Origin: an uncultured Chloroflexia bacterium
Lineage (GTDB): Bacteria; Chloroflexota; Chloroflexia; Thermomicrobiales; UBA6265
Direction of reading: 5' to 3'
DNA length: 64,000 bases
Assembly (NCBI GenBank): GCA_963724295.1
Contig: CAVRUC010000010.1
Span: forward strand, 90,304 to 154,303
Below the pieces are notes generated by a model. That model saw only the letters and a list, made by a program, of their open reading frames with translations, made no database searches and was not told the DNA's origin. A program made the position numbers and the translations under genes. The first letter of the stretch is position 1, and each line of letters starts with the position of its first letter. Below, piece after piece: positions 55,191-63,510 of this stretch.

Positions 55191-55868
55191 ATGACAACCA
55201 GCGTGCAACCGCAACTCGCCCAGGACCCCGGCGAGCCTTTCGACGTCATCACCGCCGCCGGCAAGCCCACCGGCCGGGTGAAATCACGTGCCGAGGTGCA
55301 CCGCGACGGTGACTGGCACCGAGCGATCCACGTCTGGGTGGCCGGAGTGGACGAGCACGGCGTGTCGTTTCTGACGGTGCAGCGCCGCTCGCCCGACAAG
55401 GACACCTGGCCGGGTCACTTCGACGCCACCGTGGGCGGCCACTACCGCGCGGGCGAAACGCTGGCCGAGACCCTGCGCGAGGTCGAAGAGGAGATAGGCG
55501 TTACCCCCAACCTGCAGGATCTGCGACCCCTTGGCGTCCGCGTCTGCGCCAACGAAGCCCAGCCGGGAATCGTCGACCGGGAGATCCAGGACGTGTTCCT
55601 CTTGCGCGACGATCGGCCCTTGGAAAACTTCCGGCCTAACCCCGCCGAATTGGCCGCTCTCGTCCGTTTCCCGCTGGAGACCCTGGTGCCATTCCTCGCC
55701 GGCGAGAGTTCCGAGATCGGCGGCCAGTCACGAACGCCGGCGGCTACCCGAGCCGAACCCATCACCGCCCGGACCGACGATTTCATCCCCACTGTCGATC
55801 GCTACTTCCTGCGCATCGCCATCGCGGCCCAGCAGGTGTTGCGCGGGGAGCGCTACGTCGCCGTCTGA
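55191..55868 (+). CDS. NUDIX hydrolase (IPP-isomerase-like subgroup)
   Basis: Nudix box GGHYRAGETLAETLREVEEEIGV. Start is placed at MTTSVQP. Confidence 0.8.
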   Translation: MTTSVQPQLAQDPGEPFDVITAAGKPTGRVKSRAEVHRDGDWHRAIHVWVAGVDEHGVSFLTVQRRSPDKDTWPGHFDATVGGHYRAGETLAETLREVEEEIGVTPNLQDLRPLGVRVCANEAQPGIVDREIQDVFLLRDDRPLENFRPNPAELAALVRFPLETLVPFLAGESSEIGGQSRTPAATRAEPITARTDDFIPTVDRYFLRIAIAAQQVLRGERYVAV

Positions 55869-55959
55869 ATCACCCCCGATCTTCTCCGCGACATGTCGGG
55901 GTATCCTCCAAGCTGGCCGGTGCATCGCCGTGCGGAGCACGGGAGTCGAAGGTGGCGGC

Positions 55960-57105
55960 ATGGCAATTTCCCAGGAAGACCTGACGACGCTGACTGCCGA
56001 CCTCGTGGCAATCGATTCGACCAACCCTGATCTGGTCCCAGGCGGCGCCGGCGAAGCGGAAATCGCGCGGTTCGTCGCCGGCTGGCTCGAGCGCGCGGGA
56101 CTCGACGTCGACGTGTACGAGCTCGGTCCCAGCCGCGCCAATGTGATCGCGATTGCCCGCGGCAGCGGCGGCGGCCGATCGCTCATGCTCAACGCGCACA
56201 TGGACGTCGTCGGCGCGGGTGGCATGGCCGAGCCCTGGACGCCGCGTATCGACGGCACGCGACTCTACGGACGCGGCGCCTACGACATGAAGGCCAGCCT
56301 CGCCGCGATCATGCTCGCTGGCCGCGAAGCAACCAGACTCCAGCTGCGCGGCGACGTGATCGTCACCGCCGTCGCCGACGAAGAGTTCGCCTCGATCGGC
56401 GTTCAGGACGTCGTCCGCCACAAGCGGGCGGATGCGGCGATCGTCACCGAACCGACCGGGCTCGATCTTTGCGTAGCCCATAAGGGATTCGTCTGGCTGG
56501 AGGTGGAAACACACGGCGTGGCATCACACGGATCGCTCCCGGAAGAAGGCGTCGACGCCATCGCCAAGATGGGTCCGGTGCTGACCGGACTCGCTGACCT
56601 CGATCGCGAACTGAGGTCGCGGCCGGGTCACGCCTTGCTGGGACCGGCCTCGATCCATGCCTCGCTCATCCAGGGCGGTCAGGAGCTTTCCACCTACCCG
56701 GCCCACTGTCTGCTCTCGATCGAGCGGCGCACGATTCCCGGGGAAACGATCGCCGAGATCGAAAGGCAGATCGCGGACATGCTCGCCCATGCCGCCGCGG
56801 CTGATTCCTCATTCCAGGCTGAGCAGCGCACCCTTCTCGTACGCGCCCTCTTCGGCGTGGGTCTGGATCAACCGATTGTCGACCTCGCGCAACGGCACCT
56901 CGCGCGCGCAATCGGCCGGGAACCGGAGATCGTGGGAGCCGGCGGGTGGATGGATTCAGCGTTCCTTGCCGCCGCGGACATCCCGACGGTGATCTTCGGA
57001 CCGGACGGCGAGGGCGCTCACGCCGACGTCGAGTGGGTCGATCTGGTGAGCGCAGCGCGCACCGCGGACGCGCTCCTCGGCATCATTATGGAGTTCTGTG
57101 CGTGA
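55960..57105 (+). CDS. M20 family metallopeptidase / ArgE-DapE-type deacylase
   Basis: NAHMDVV, GRGAYDMK and ADEEF metal-ligand motifs. Start is placed at MAISQEDL. Confidence 0.85.
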   Translation: MAISQEDLTTLTADLVAIDSTNPDLVPGGAGEAEIARFVAGWLERAGLDVDVYELGPSRANVIAIARGSGGGRSLMLNAHMDVVGAGGMAEPWTPRIDGTRLYGRGAYDMKASLAAIMLAGREATRLQLRGDVIVTAVADEEFASIGVQDVVRHKRADAAIVTEPTGLDLCVAHKGFVWLEVETHGVASHGSLPEEGVDAIAKMGPVLTGLADLDRELRSRPGHALLGPASIHASLIQGGQELSTYPAHCLLSIERRTIPGETIAEIERQIADMLAHAAAADSSFQAEQRTLLVRALFGVGLDQPIVDLAQRHLARAIGREPEIVGAGGWMDSAFLAAADIPTVIFGPDGEGAHADVEWVDLVSAARTADALLGIIMEFCA

Positions 57106-57133
57106 GGAACGCGATCGAGCGCCAGGGCATCGT

Positions 57134-57646
57134 ATGAGCGAATTGCGCGATCCCTATGAACCGATGGCAACCGAGGCAAACGGACTCGGCCCCGCGGACG
57201 TGATTGCCCGCGCTCGCGAGGCGCTGGCGCCGGTACGCAACGCGTTGGAGCGGGCGGGGTTCTATGCCTACGGCACTATTGACGACGAGAATCGCTGGGT
57301 CATCAGCGCCGACGACGAGGCCGGACACGTCGACGTCCGGGTCGGTCCGGACGGGTATCAACTCGAGCTCTGGAGCACCGTCCCGGGTCTCTTCAGCGAA
57401 GAGGAGAATGACTTCCGCCGGCGCGCGATGGAGCGCCTCGCCCGCATGAGCATCCCCGCCGTGCGGCAGGGATTCCTGGCGCCAAACCAATCCGCCTGGT
57501 GGGACGAGACCGAAGGCGGCCCCGGCGCTCGCATCGCTTACGATCTGCCATTCACCGCCGCCGACCAGGTCGGGATATTCGCTCGAGAGCGCCTGCCGGA
57601 GCTGGAGAAGCTCCTTGACTTCATCGCGACGCAAGTCGCGACGTAG
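57134..57646 (+). CDS. hypothetical protein
   Basis: 170-aa ORF with protein-like composition. Start is placed at MSELRD. No motif recognised. Confidence 0.45.
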   Translation: MSELRDPYEPMATEANGLGPADVIARAREALAPVRNALERAGFYAYGTIDDENRWVISADDEAGHVDVRVGPDGYQLELWSTVPGLFSEEENDFRRRAMERLARMSIPAVRQGFLAPNQSAWWDETEGGPGARIAYDLPFTAADQVGIFARERLPELEKLLDFIATQVAT

Positions 57647-57716
57647 GGTGACGGGGTCATCGTTCTCCCTGCCACCCTGCCACCACGAGCGGAGCGAGTC
57701 ATCACCCATCACCCAA
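57647..57716. repeat. mosaic repeat locus: GGGTGAC.., 29 nt of the GCCACCCTGCCACCACGAGCGGAGCGAGT module, then CATCACC x2
   Basis: Read directly from the sequence. It fills the gap between convergent stops at 57646 and 57709. Confidence 0.9.
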
Positions 57717-59688
57717 CGTGAATTGCCGGCCGGGTCTTGGGGTTGGGCTCGGTCTGACGCAGGATCTCGCGGGTCACGGGAGCGATGTCTCCCTCGCCGA
57801 AGATGACGAAGCGGGCCAGGTACTTCAGCGGGTTCCCCTCGGTCCAGCCGAAGTAGGCGTGCGGTTTCTTCCCCGTCCGGTCCCGGATGGCCAGCAGCGT
57901 AGCCGCCAGCCCGTTGGGGACGGACGCGCTCTCGACCTGGAGCACCCGGAACCCCGAAATCTCTTCCCCACTTACCTTGACGTTCGAGGCGAAGTCCGAG
58001 GCATCTTTCACCGTCACCTCGAGGAAGAGCACGGAATCGCCTGCCGGGATGTGGCTCGCCTCGCGCTCCTCCCGCTCCTTGACCAGGTACTCCCGGGTAT
58101 TTCGCTCGTCCGGGTGATTGGCGATCAAACGCAAGGAGCCGCGCTTGGCCGCCTCCCGGATGAATCGATCGGCGGTCTCGTCCAACTCGACCTCGGTGGC
58201 GCGTAGCTCCGTCGCGCGCACGACCCGGGAGACCAGCGAGATGATGACGATCATGGCAAAGAAGATCGCCGCCATCTTCAGACCACTTGGATTCTCGAAG
58301 ATCGTGTTGAGAAACGCGTAGATGAAAATCACCATGAAGGCGCCGAACCAGATGATCGGTCCCCGCTCCTTCTTGCGCCATTCCGAGAGGAAAACCGCGA
58401 CCGAGGCCGAGGTAATCACCGCCAGGACGCCGGTCGCATACGGCCCGGCCTGGGCGTTGATATCGGCTTGAAAGAGGATCGTCACCGCGAAACAGAGGAC
58501 CGTGTAGAGGATGACCAGCGGTCGCGTGGCTCGCGTCCAATCGGGCGCCATGCCGTAGCGCGGGAGGTAGCGGGGCACGATGTTGAGCAGGCCGGCCATC
58601 GCCGAGGCGCCGGCAAACCAGAGGATCAGGATCGTCGAGGCATCGTAGAGCGTGCCGAAGACATCGCCGAGATATTCGTGCGCGAGAAAGGCCAGTGCGC
58701 GGCCATTCGCCTCGCCACCTTCTTCAAAGGCCTCATGCGGGATGAGCAGTGTCGAAACCAGACTGCTGGAGATGAGCATCACGCTCATGATCGAGGCGGC
58801 GACCGTGAGCAGCTTACCCGTGTTCCGGATGCGGCACTCCGGCCACCGCGGATCGTCAGTTGCGCAGCCCTTGACCAGCGGCATGACCACGACACCGGTT
58901 TCGAATCCGGATAGACCAAGCGCCAGGCGCGGAAACAGAAAAATCGCGGTCAGGGCCATAGCGACCGGACTGCTGTATTCGAGCTGAAGTGAAGCGCGCC
59001 AGTTGCCGAGAAGTTCTGGGTGCAACCCGATCTCCCAATAGGCACGAGCGAGCACCACGACGTTGAGGGAGAGGTAGAGCGCCACGATGCCGACGGCCAG
59101 ACCGATGGCTTCCGAGAACCCGCGCAGGAAGAAGATACCGAGCAACAAGATCAGGCCGAGGGTGATCGGGATCTCATGACCCACGAGGAAGTGGCCGAAC
59201 GGGTTTTCGATGATATGAGCCGCGGCGTCAGAGGCGGAGATCGTGATCGTCACTACGAACGCGGTCAGCACGAAGCTGATCAGCACCAGAACCAGGATCT
59301 TGCCCTGCCACCAGGAGAGCAGCCGCTCCAGCATCGAGATCGATCCGTCGCCATGGGGGCTCTCCGCGGCGACGCGCCGGTACATGGGCAGCGCGCCGAG
59401 GAGGGTCACGAGCACCAGGACCAGGGTCGCTATCGGGGCCAGGGATGCGGCGGCGAGTGCGGCGATGCCCGGCTGGTACCCGAGAGTCGAGAAGTAATCG
59501 ACGCCGGTCAAGCACATCACCTGCCACCAGGAGTGCTTGTGTGCTCCCTGCTCCGATGTGTGCGGACCCTCCAGATCTTCGGGTTGACCGTGGAGCATCC
59601 ACCGGCGCACGCCACCGTTTGCTGGGATCGACTTTTGTGGTCCGACCCGGACGGTTGTACTGGCGTCGACTGACACGCTGTCCCCCAC
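57709..59688 (-). CDS. APC-superfamily-like permease with C-terminal cytoplasmic domain
   Basis: About 12 hydrophobic segments (..CLTGVDYFSTLGYQPGIA..) followed by a soluble domain of about 190 aa. Start is uncertain. Confidence 0.7.
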   Translation of the reverse strand: MGDSVSVDASTTVRVGPQKSIPANGGVRRWMLHGQPEDLEGPHTSEQGAHKHSWWQVMCLTGVDYFSTLGYQPGIAALAAASLAPIATLVLVLVTLLGALPMYRRVAAESPHGDGSISMLERLLSWWQGKILVLVLISFVLTAFVVTITISASDAAAHIIENPFGHFLVGHEIPITLGLILLLGIFFLRGFSEAIGLAVGIVALYLSLNVVVLARAYWEIGLHPELLGNWRASLQLEYSSPVAMALTAIFLFPRLALGLSGFETGVVVMPLVKGCATDDPRWPECRIRNTGKLLTVAASIMSVMLISSSLVSTLLIPHEAFEEGGEANGRALAFLAHEYLGDVFGTLYDASTILILWFAGASAMAGLLNIVPRYLPRYGMAPDWTRATRPLVILYTVLCFAVTILFQADINAQAGPYATGVLAVITSASVAVFLSEWRKKERGPIIWFGAFMVIFIYAFLNTIFENPSGLKMAAIFFAMIVIISLVSRVVRATELRATEVELDETADRFIREAAKRGSLRLIANHPDERNTREYLVKEREEREASHIPAGDSVLFLEVTVKDASDFASNVKVSGEEISGFRVLQVESASVPNGLAATLLAIRDRTGKKPHAYFGWTEGNPLKYLARFVIFGEGDIAPVTREILRQTEPNPKTRPAIHVG

Positions 59689-59752
59689 GACGAGCCTTGA
59701 CTGCGCCGCGCGGAATTAGGCATCAGGCTTCGCGGATGTGCAAGCCGACGGG

Positions 59753-59888
59753 GGTGATGGGTGATCGGGCTATTGGCTGTTGGCTGTTGGCTGTTGGCTG
59801 TTGGCTCACGACCGATGACTCACAATTCACGACGAGCCGTCTTGCCATTTCGCCATCTACTTGCCGACTCACCGACTGACCGACTCAC
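59753..59888. repeat. GGTGATS x2, (TTGGCTG) x5 heptamer array (59773-59807), inverted NNACCGAC x3.5 (59861-59888)
   Basis: Read directly from the sequence. Confidence 0.9.
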
Positions 59889-59891
59889 GCC

Positions 59892-59944
59892 ACAAACACG
59901 AACCCGGCCTCTTGGGCCGGGCACGTGCGGGAAGGGGAAGGGGT
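59892..59944 (-). terminator. second copy of the conserved 53-nt hairpin/G-rich cassette
   Basis: ACAAACACGAACCCGGCCTCTTGGGCCGGGCACGTGCGGGAAGGGGAAGGGGT. On the minus strand the GC hairpin is followed by TTCGTGTTTGT. It lies 80 nt downstream of the stop of 60024..61745. Confidence 0.6.
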
Positions 59945-60023
59945 TTGGGTTCGAGAAGCGGTGGGTCTGGGGAGGACTCGCCGGCTTCTTGACCCTATCT
60001 ACGTCGCCTTCTCGAGATCGGAT

Positions 60024-61745
60024 TCACTTTCTCTCCCGCGCGGCGTCAGGTTCGCTGGTGCCATAGACCGTTTGCCTCCTCACGCTAACCAAATCGTCGG
60101 TCTCGCCTGAATTGATCCCCTGCCAGCCCAGCACCTGGCGCACGAACTCGAGACCCGCCTCGAACTCCGGCTGGACCACTTCGTCAGCTCCCCTCGCGGA
60201 GAGCCCGCTGACGTCCCCTGCGCCGGGAGCGCGGACGATGACATGGATGGCAGGGTTCAGCGCACGCGCGTTCCGGATCACCGCCTCAGTGGCCAGGAGG
60301 TCGGGGGTCGTGACCGCGACCGTACGCGCCGTTGGCACTCCCGCGCTCTCCAGCTCGGCGCGCGAGGCCGCATCTCCGTAGAGCGCGTCGATGCCCCGCT
60401 CGCGCAAGTCGCGCACGATCGCCGGATTGAGCTCGATGACGCTGTACGCCTGATCCCAGTGATCGAGCGCCGCGCCGATCTCGGCGCCCACCCGGCCAAA
60501 CCCGCAGATGACCACATGGTCACCAGCCGGCGCCACGGGCGGAGGAGGTCCGGCCGCCAGCCGCTCCTGCCGCTCCACACCAGGCAGGTGCTCGGCGATG
60601 CGGACAAGACGAGGCGAGATGGCCACCAGGATCGGCATGGCCAGAATCGAGCAGAGCGCGACCGAGAGGATCGTGCCGTACTCGCCGATGTCGATCAGTC
60701 CGTGCTCGAGCCCTGAGCCAGCCAGGACGAAGCTGAATTCACCCATCTGCGCCATGAAGACCGCCGCCAGCGTCGATGTCCGGTGATCGACACCCGCGGC
60801 CAGCAGCGCGCCTCCGGTGATCAGCAACTTGCCGGCGACGAGCACGAACGCGAACCCCAACACGAGCTGCCACTGGGCGATCAGCGCGAACGGGTCGATC
60901 AACATGCCCACGGCAACGAAGAACAGGGTGGCGAAGATATCCCGGATTGGGATGATGTCGGCCAGCACTTGCTCTTCGAAATCCGTCTCGGAGACGACGA
61001 TCCCGGCCAGGAATGCTCCCAGACCCAGCGACAACCCGGCCGCATGCGTCGCCAACGCGACACCGAGGGCGATGGCCACGATGGTGAGCATGAAGAGCTC
61101 TCGCGAGCCGGAACGCGCGACGATGCGAAGCAGCGGAGGCACGAGCCGGGTGCCGAGGAGAAACGCCCCGATCAGGACCACCGCGGAGATCAGCAGCGAC
61201 TCCGCAATGCCGAACCCCCCGCCGCGCTGGCCGGCGATGACCGGGAGGAGCGCGAGCATCGGCGCCAGGCTGAAATCCTGGACGATGCCGAGACCGAGCG
61301 CCACCCGGGCATGCGGGCTCTCCATCTCTCCCCGGCCCATGAGCGTCTTGAGCGCGACGATCGAGCTGGAGATGGCGAACGCGCCACCGAGCAGGAGCGC
61401 CGCACCCAATGTCCAGCCACCAGCTAACCCCGCCGCTGTCCCCAGGAGCACGGTCAGCGGGATCTGGAGTGCCCCACCCAGCAGCGCGGCGCGGCGGACC
61501 CGGATCACTTCGCTGAGGGAGAATTCGACGCCAAGCCCGAACATCAGCAGCGCGACGCCGAGATTCGCCAGCAGCTGCACTCGATCCACGTCCGCCACCA
61601 GACCAGGCGTATTCGGCCCCACGGCGAGGCCCGCGAGGATGTACCCGATCAACGCGGGTAGTCCCAGGCGCTGCGCGATAAGTCCGCCGATCGCCGCCGC
61701 GCCTAGCGCAAGCACGATGTCGACGATGAGGCCAACATCCTCCAT
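60024..61745 (-). CDS. CPA2 cation:proton antiporter (Kef-type) with C-terminal TrkA-N/RCK domain
   Basis: Na+/H+ exchanger-like TM domain plus Rossmann motif VVICGFGRVG. Confidence 0.85.
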   Translation of the reverse strand: MEDVGLIVDIVLALGAAAIGGLIAQRLGLPALIGYILAGLAVGPNTPGLVADVDRVQLLANLGVALLMFGLGVEFSLSEVIRVRRAALLGGALQIPLTVLLGTAAGLAGGWTLGAALLLGGAFAISSSIVALKTLMGRGEMESPHARVALGLGIVQDFSLAPMLALLPVIAGQRGGGFGIAESLLISAVVLIGAFLLGTRLVPPLLRIVARSGSRELFMLTIVAIALGVALATHAAGLSLGLGAFLAGIVVSETDFEEQVLADIIPIRDIFATLFFVAVGMLIDPFALIAQWQLVLGFAFVLVAGKLLITGGALLAAGVDHRTSTLAAVFMAQMGEFSFVLAGSGLEHGLIDIGEYGTILSVALCSILAMPILVAISPRLVRIAEHLPGVERQERLAAGPPPPVAPAGDHVVICGFGRVGAEIGAALDHWDQAYSVIELNPAIVRDLRERGIDALYGDAASRAELESAGVPTARTVAVTTPDLLATEAVIRNARALNPAIHVIVRAPGAGDVSGLSARGADEVVQPEFEAGLEFVRQVLGWQGINSGETDDLVSVRRQTVYGTSEPDAARERK

Positions 61746-61929
61746 GAATTGCTCCGGTCGGACTCGGCCGACGTCATCTGGTCTGGTGCGCTATGCGTAT
61801 TGAAGCAGCAATGCGGCACTTGGCGAATCTGCTCGCGCCTGAACGCGAGCCGGGGGACGACCAGGGCCTCGCGACACACCCCGGTCGATTCATACCTGGC
61901 AGGCTCGTTCGCGACTCCCCGCTTCCGGC

Positions 61930-63297
61930 TCAGGCGCGGAAGAAAACGATGAGCGTCACGGCCAGGAGCAGACCGAGCAGGACCGGCCAATAGGCCAGCA
62001 CCGGGACCAGGTTGTGCCGGAACGCGATGAGCCTCACCTTCACCGGCGAGGCAAGCAGGATGGCGTTCAGGACGACGACGATGATGATCCCGTACAGGAC
62101 GATGGGGATCGTCTCGATGTAGCTGAGACCCTGCGTGTCAACACCGCTGCGTATCTGGTTGTGTTTCAGGATGACCGCGAACAGGAGACCGCTCGCGGCA
62201 GTGAGCACCCCCGCGGTGCTGAGCTGGAAGCGGCTCTTCAGGTTTTCGTCGTCCGTCGTGAGCGCCAGGAGTCCGAAGAGCAGGAATGCCACGGCGATGG
62301 CAAAGACGAAAATGTCGAAGAATGGCCCGGCGAAATTGCGATCGAGGATGAGATTGAAATAGAGGTCGGGAAGATCGGGGTATTGGCCAGCGACGCCGAT
62401 GCCAAATGAGGAGTCGTACTGCTGTGCCGAAAAACTGAACCCGGAATAGACAGGCGACCATCCACTGTAGACGAATTCGCTCTCGACTCCCGGCATCGAT
62501 GTCGGACGCATCGTGGTGTACGAGGAGAAATCGGGCACCAGGACGATGTCACGAGAAAAATCGCGCGGCCAGATGCGAACCCAGAGATCCTGTTCGTCGA
62601 ACGGATACTCCGCGTACTCAAAGGGCTGGCGCAGCGTTGCCGCGAAATACCAGCCTATGGTCTCGATGCCACCCTCTTCGTATCGGTACGCTTCCTTGGC
62701 ATCGTAAGCCTCCTTGACCCCCTCCGCGAGCACCACGCCTCGGTCGATATCGTCCGGCACGTCGGGACCGAACCGCTGCCAGATGTACCCGGTGACCTCA
62801 ACGTTATCGCCCGTCAAGAATTCCATTGACTGGATCATGACACCCGTCGGGATGCGAATGGCGTCGATCCCCGCCGGAATGTGCTGTGCGAGATACGCAT
62901 CCGTCTCGGCTATTGTAGTAACCGGGGTTCCATGCCATCGATCCTGAAGTTCGGACCTTGCAATCGCCGCCCAGGCGAGAACAAGGCCCACCAGGAGCGC
63001 TATCGACCAGGCAACGGACGTCGCCACCAGCGCCGCCAAAGTACCCCGTTCTGGCCGGAAAACCAGAACGGCCAGCGCCATGATCGCAACGACGGCCAGA
63101 ACAATTGTGGCGCCGATCAGGGGCGTGTCCGGTGCGGCCACAATCGAGCCATAGATCTGCAAATAGCGAGACAGCGCCCAGATCGACCCGGCCGCCGCAA
63201 GGACCAGCAGCACCGCGGCAGCCGGTCGTACCCACGACGGGCCAACGGAACGCCGTGCCGCCTCGGCCGCGGCGTCCGCACCCTCTTTCGGTGCCAT
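61930..63297 (-). CDS. pentameric ligand-gated ion channel (pLGIC/Cys-loop superfamily) homologue with three extra N-terminal TM helices
   Basis: The extracellular-domain signature EYPFDEQDLWVRIW corresponds to the FPFDxQ core of the Cys-loop region. NVEVTGYIWQRF matches the beta1-beta2 pattern. Four TM segments follow the ..LILDRNF.. pre-M1. Start is placed at MAPKEG (63297); the upstream part of the 639-aa ORF looks non-coding. Confidence 0.65.
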   Translation of the reverse strand: MAPKEGADAAAEAARRSVGPSWVRPAAAVLLVLAAAGSIWALSRYLQIYGSIVAAPDTPLIGATIVLAVVAIMALAVLVFRPERGTLAALVATSVAWSIALLVGLVLAWAAIARSELQDRWHGTPVTTIAETDAYLAQHIPAGIDAIRIPTGVMIQSMEFLTGDNVEVTGYIWQRFGPDVPDDIDRGVVLAEGVKEAYDAKEAYRYEEGGIETIGWYFAATLRQPFEYAEYPFDEQDLWVRIWPRDFSRDIVLVPDFSSYTTMRPTSMPGVESEFVYSGWSPVYSGFSFSAQQYDSSFGIGVAGQYPDLPDLYFNLILDRNFAGPFFDIFVFAIAVAFLLFGLLALTTDDENLKSRFQLSTAGVLTAASGLLFAVILKHNQIRSGVDTQGLSYIETIPIVLYGIIIVVVLNAILLASPVKVRLIAFRHNLVPVLAYWPVLLGLLLAVTLIVFFRA

Positions 63298-63510
63298 ATC
63301 CGGTTCTGTGGAAATCGGCGCTACGCCCACGATCGCCTCTGAGGAGAGTGGCCAGTCTCGCCACCCATGAGATGCGCCCACGGCCAGGATAGTGCAAAGA
63401 GCACGGTAGAGAGAGTGCCAGAGCCGGTTCGCGGCGGGCCAATGGCATGCTCCAGGCCGGCCTCTATACTCCGCCAATCTCGCAAGTGACCATTTCTGGG
63501 AGGAGCGCCC

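Noticed and set aside
63298-63510. Purine riboswitch expected upstream of adenine deaminase
   Set aside because: No UAUAA...GAUAUGG...CUACC...GACUAU-type core is present. Only a TATACT -10-like hexamer and a small GTGGC/GCCAC hairpin were seen.
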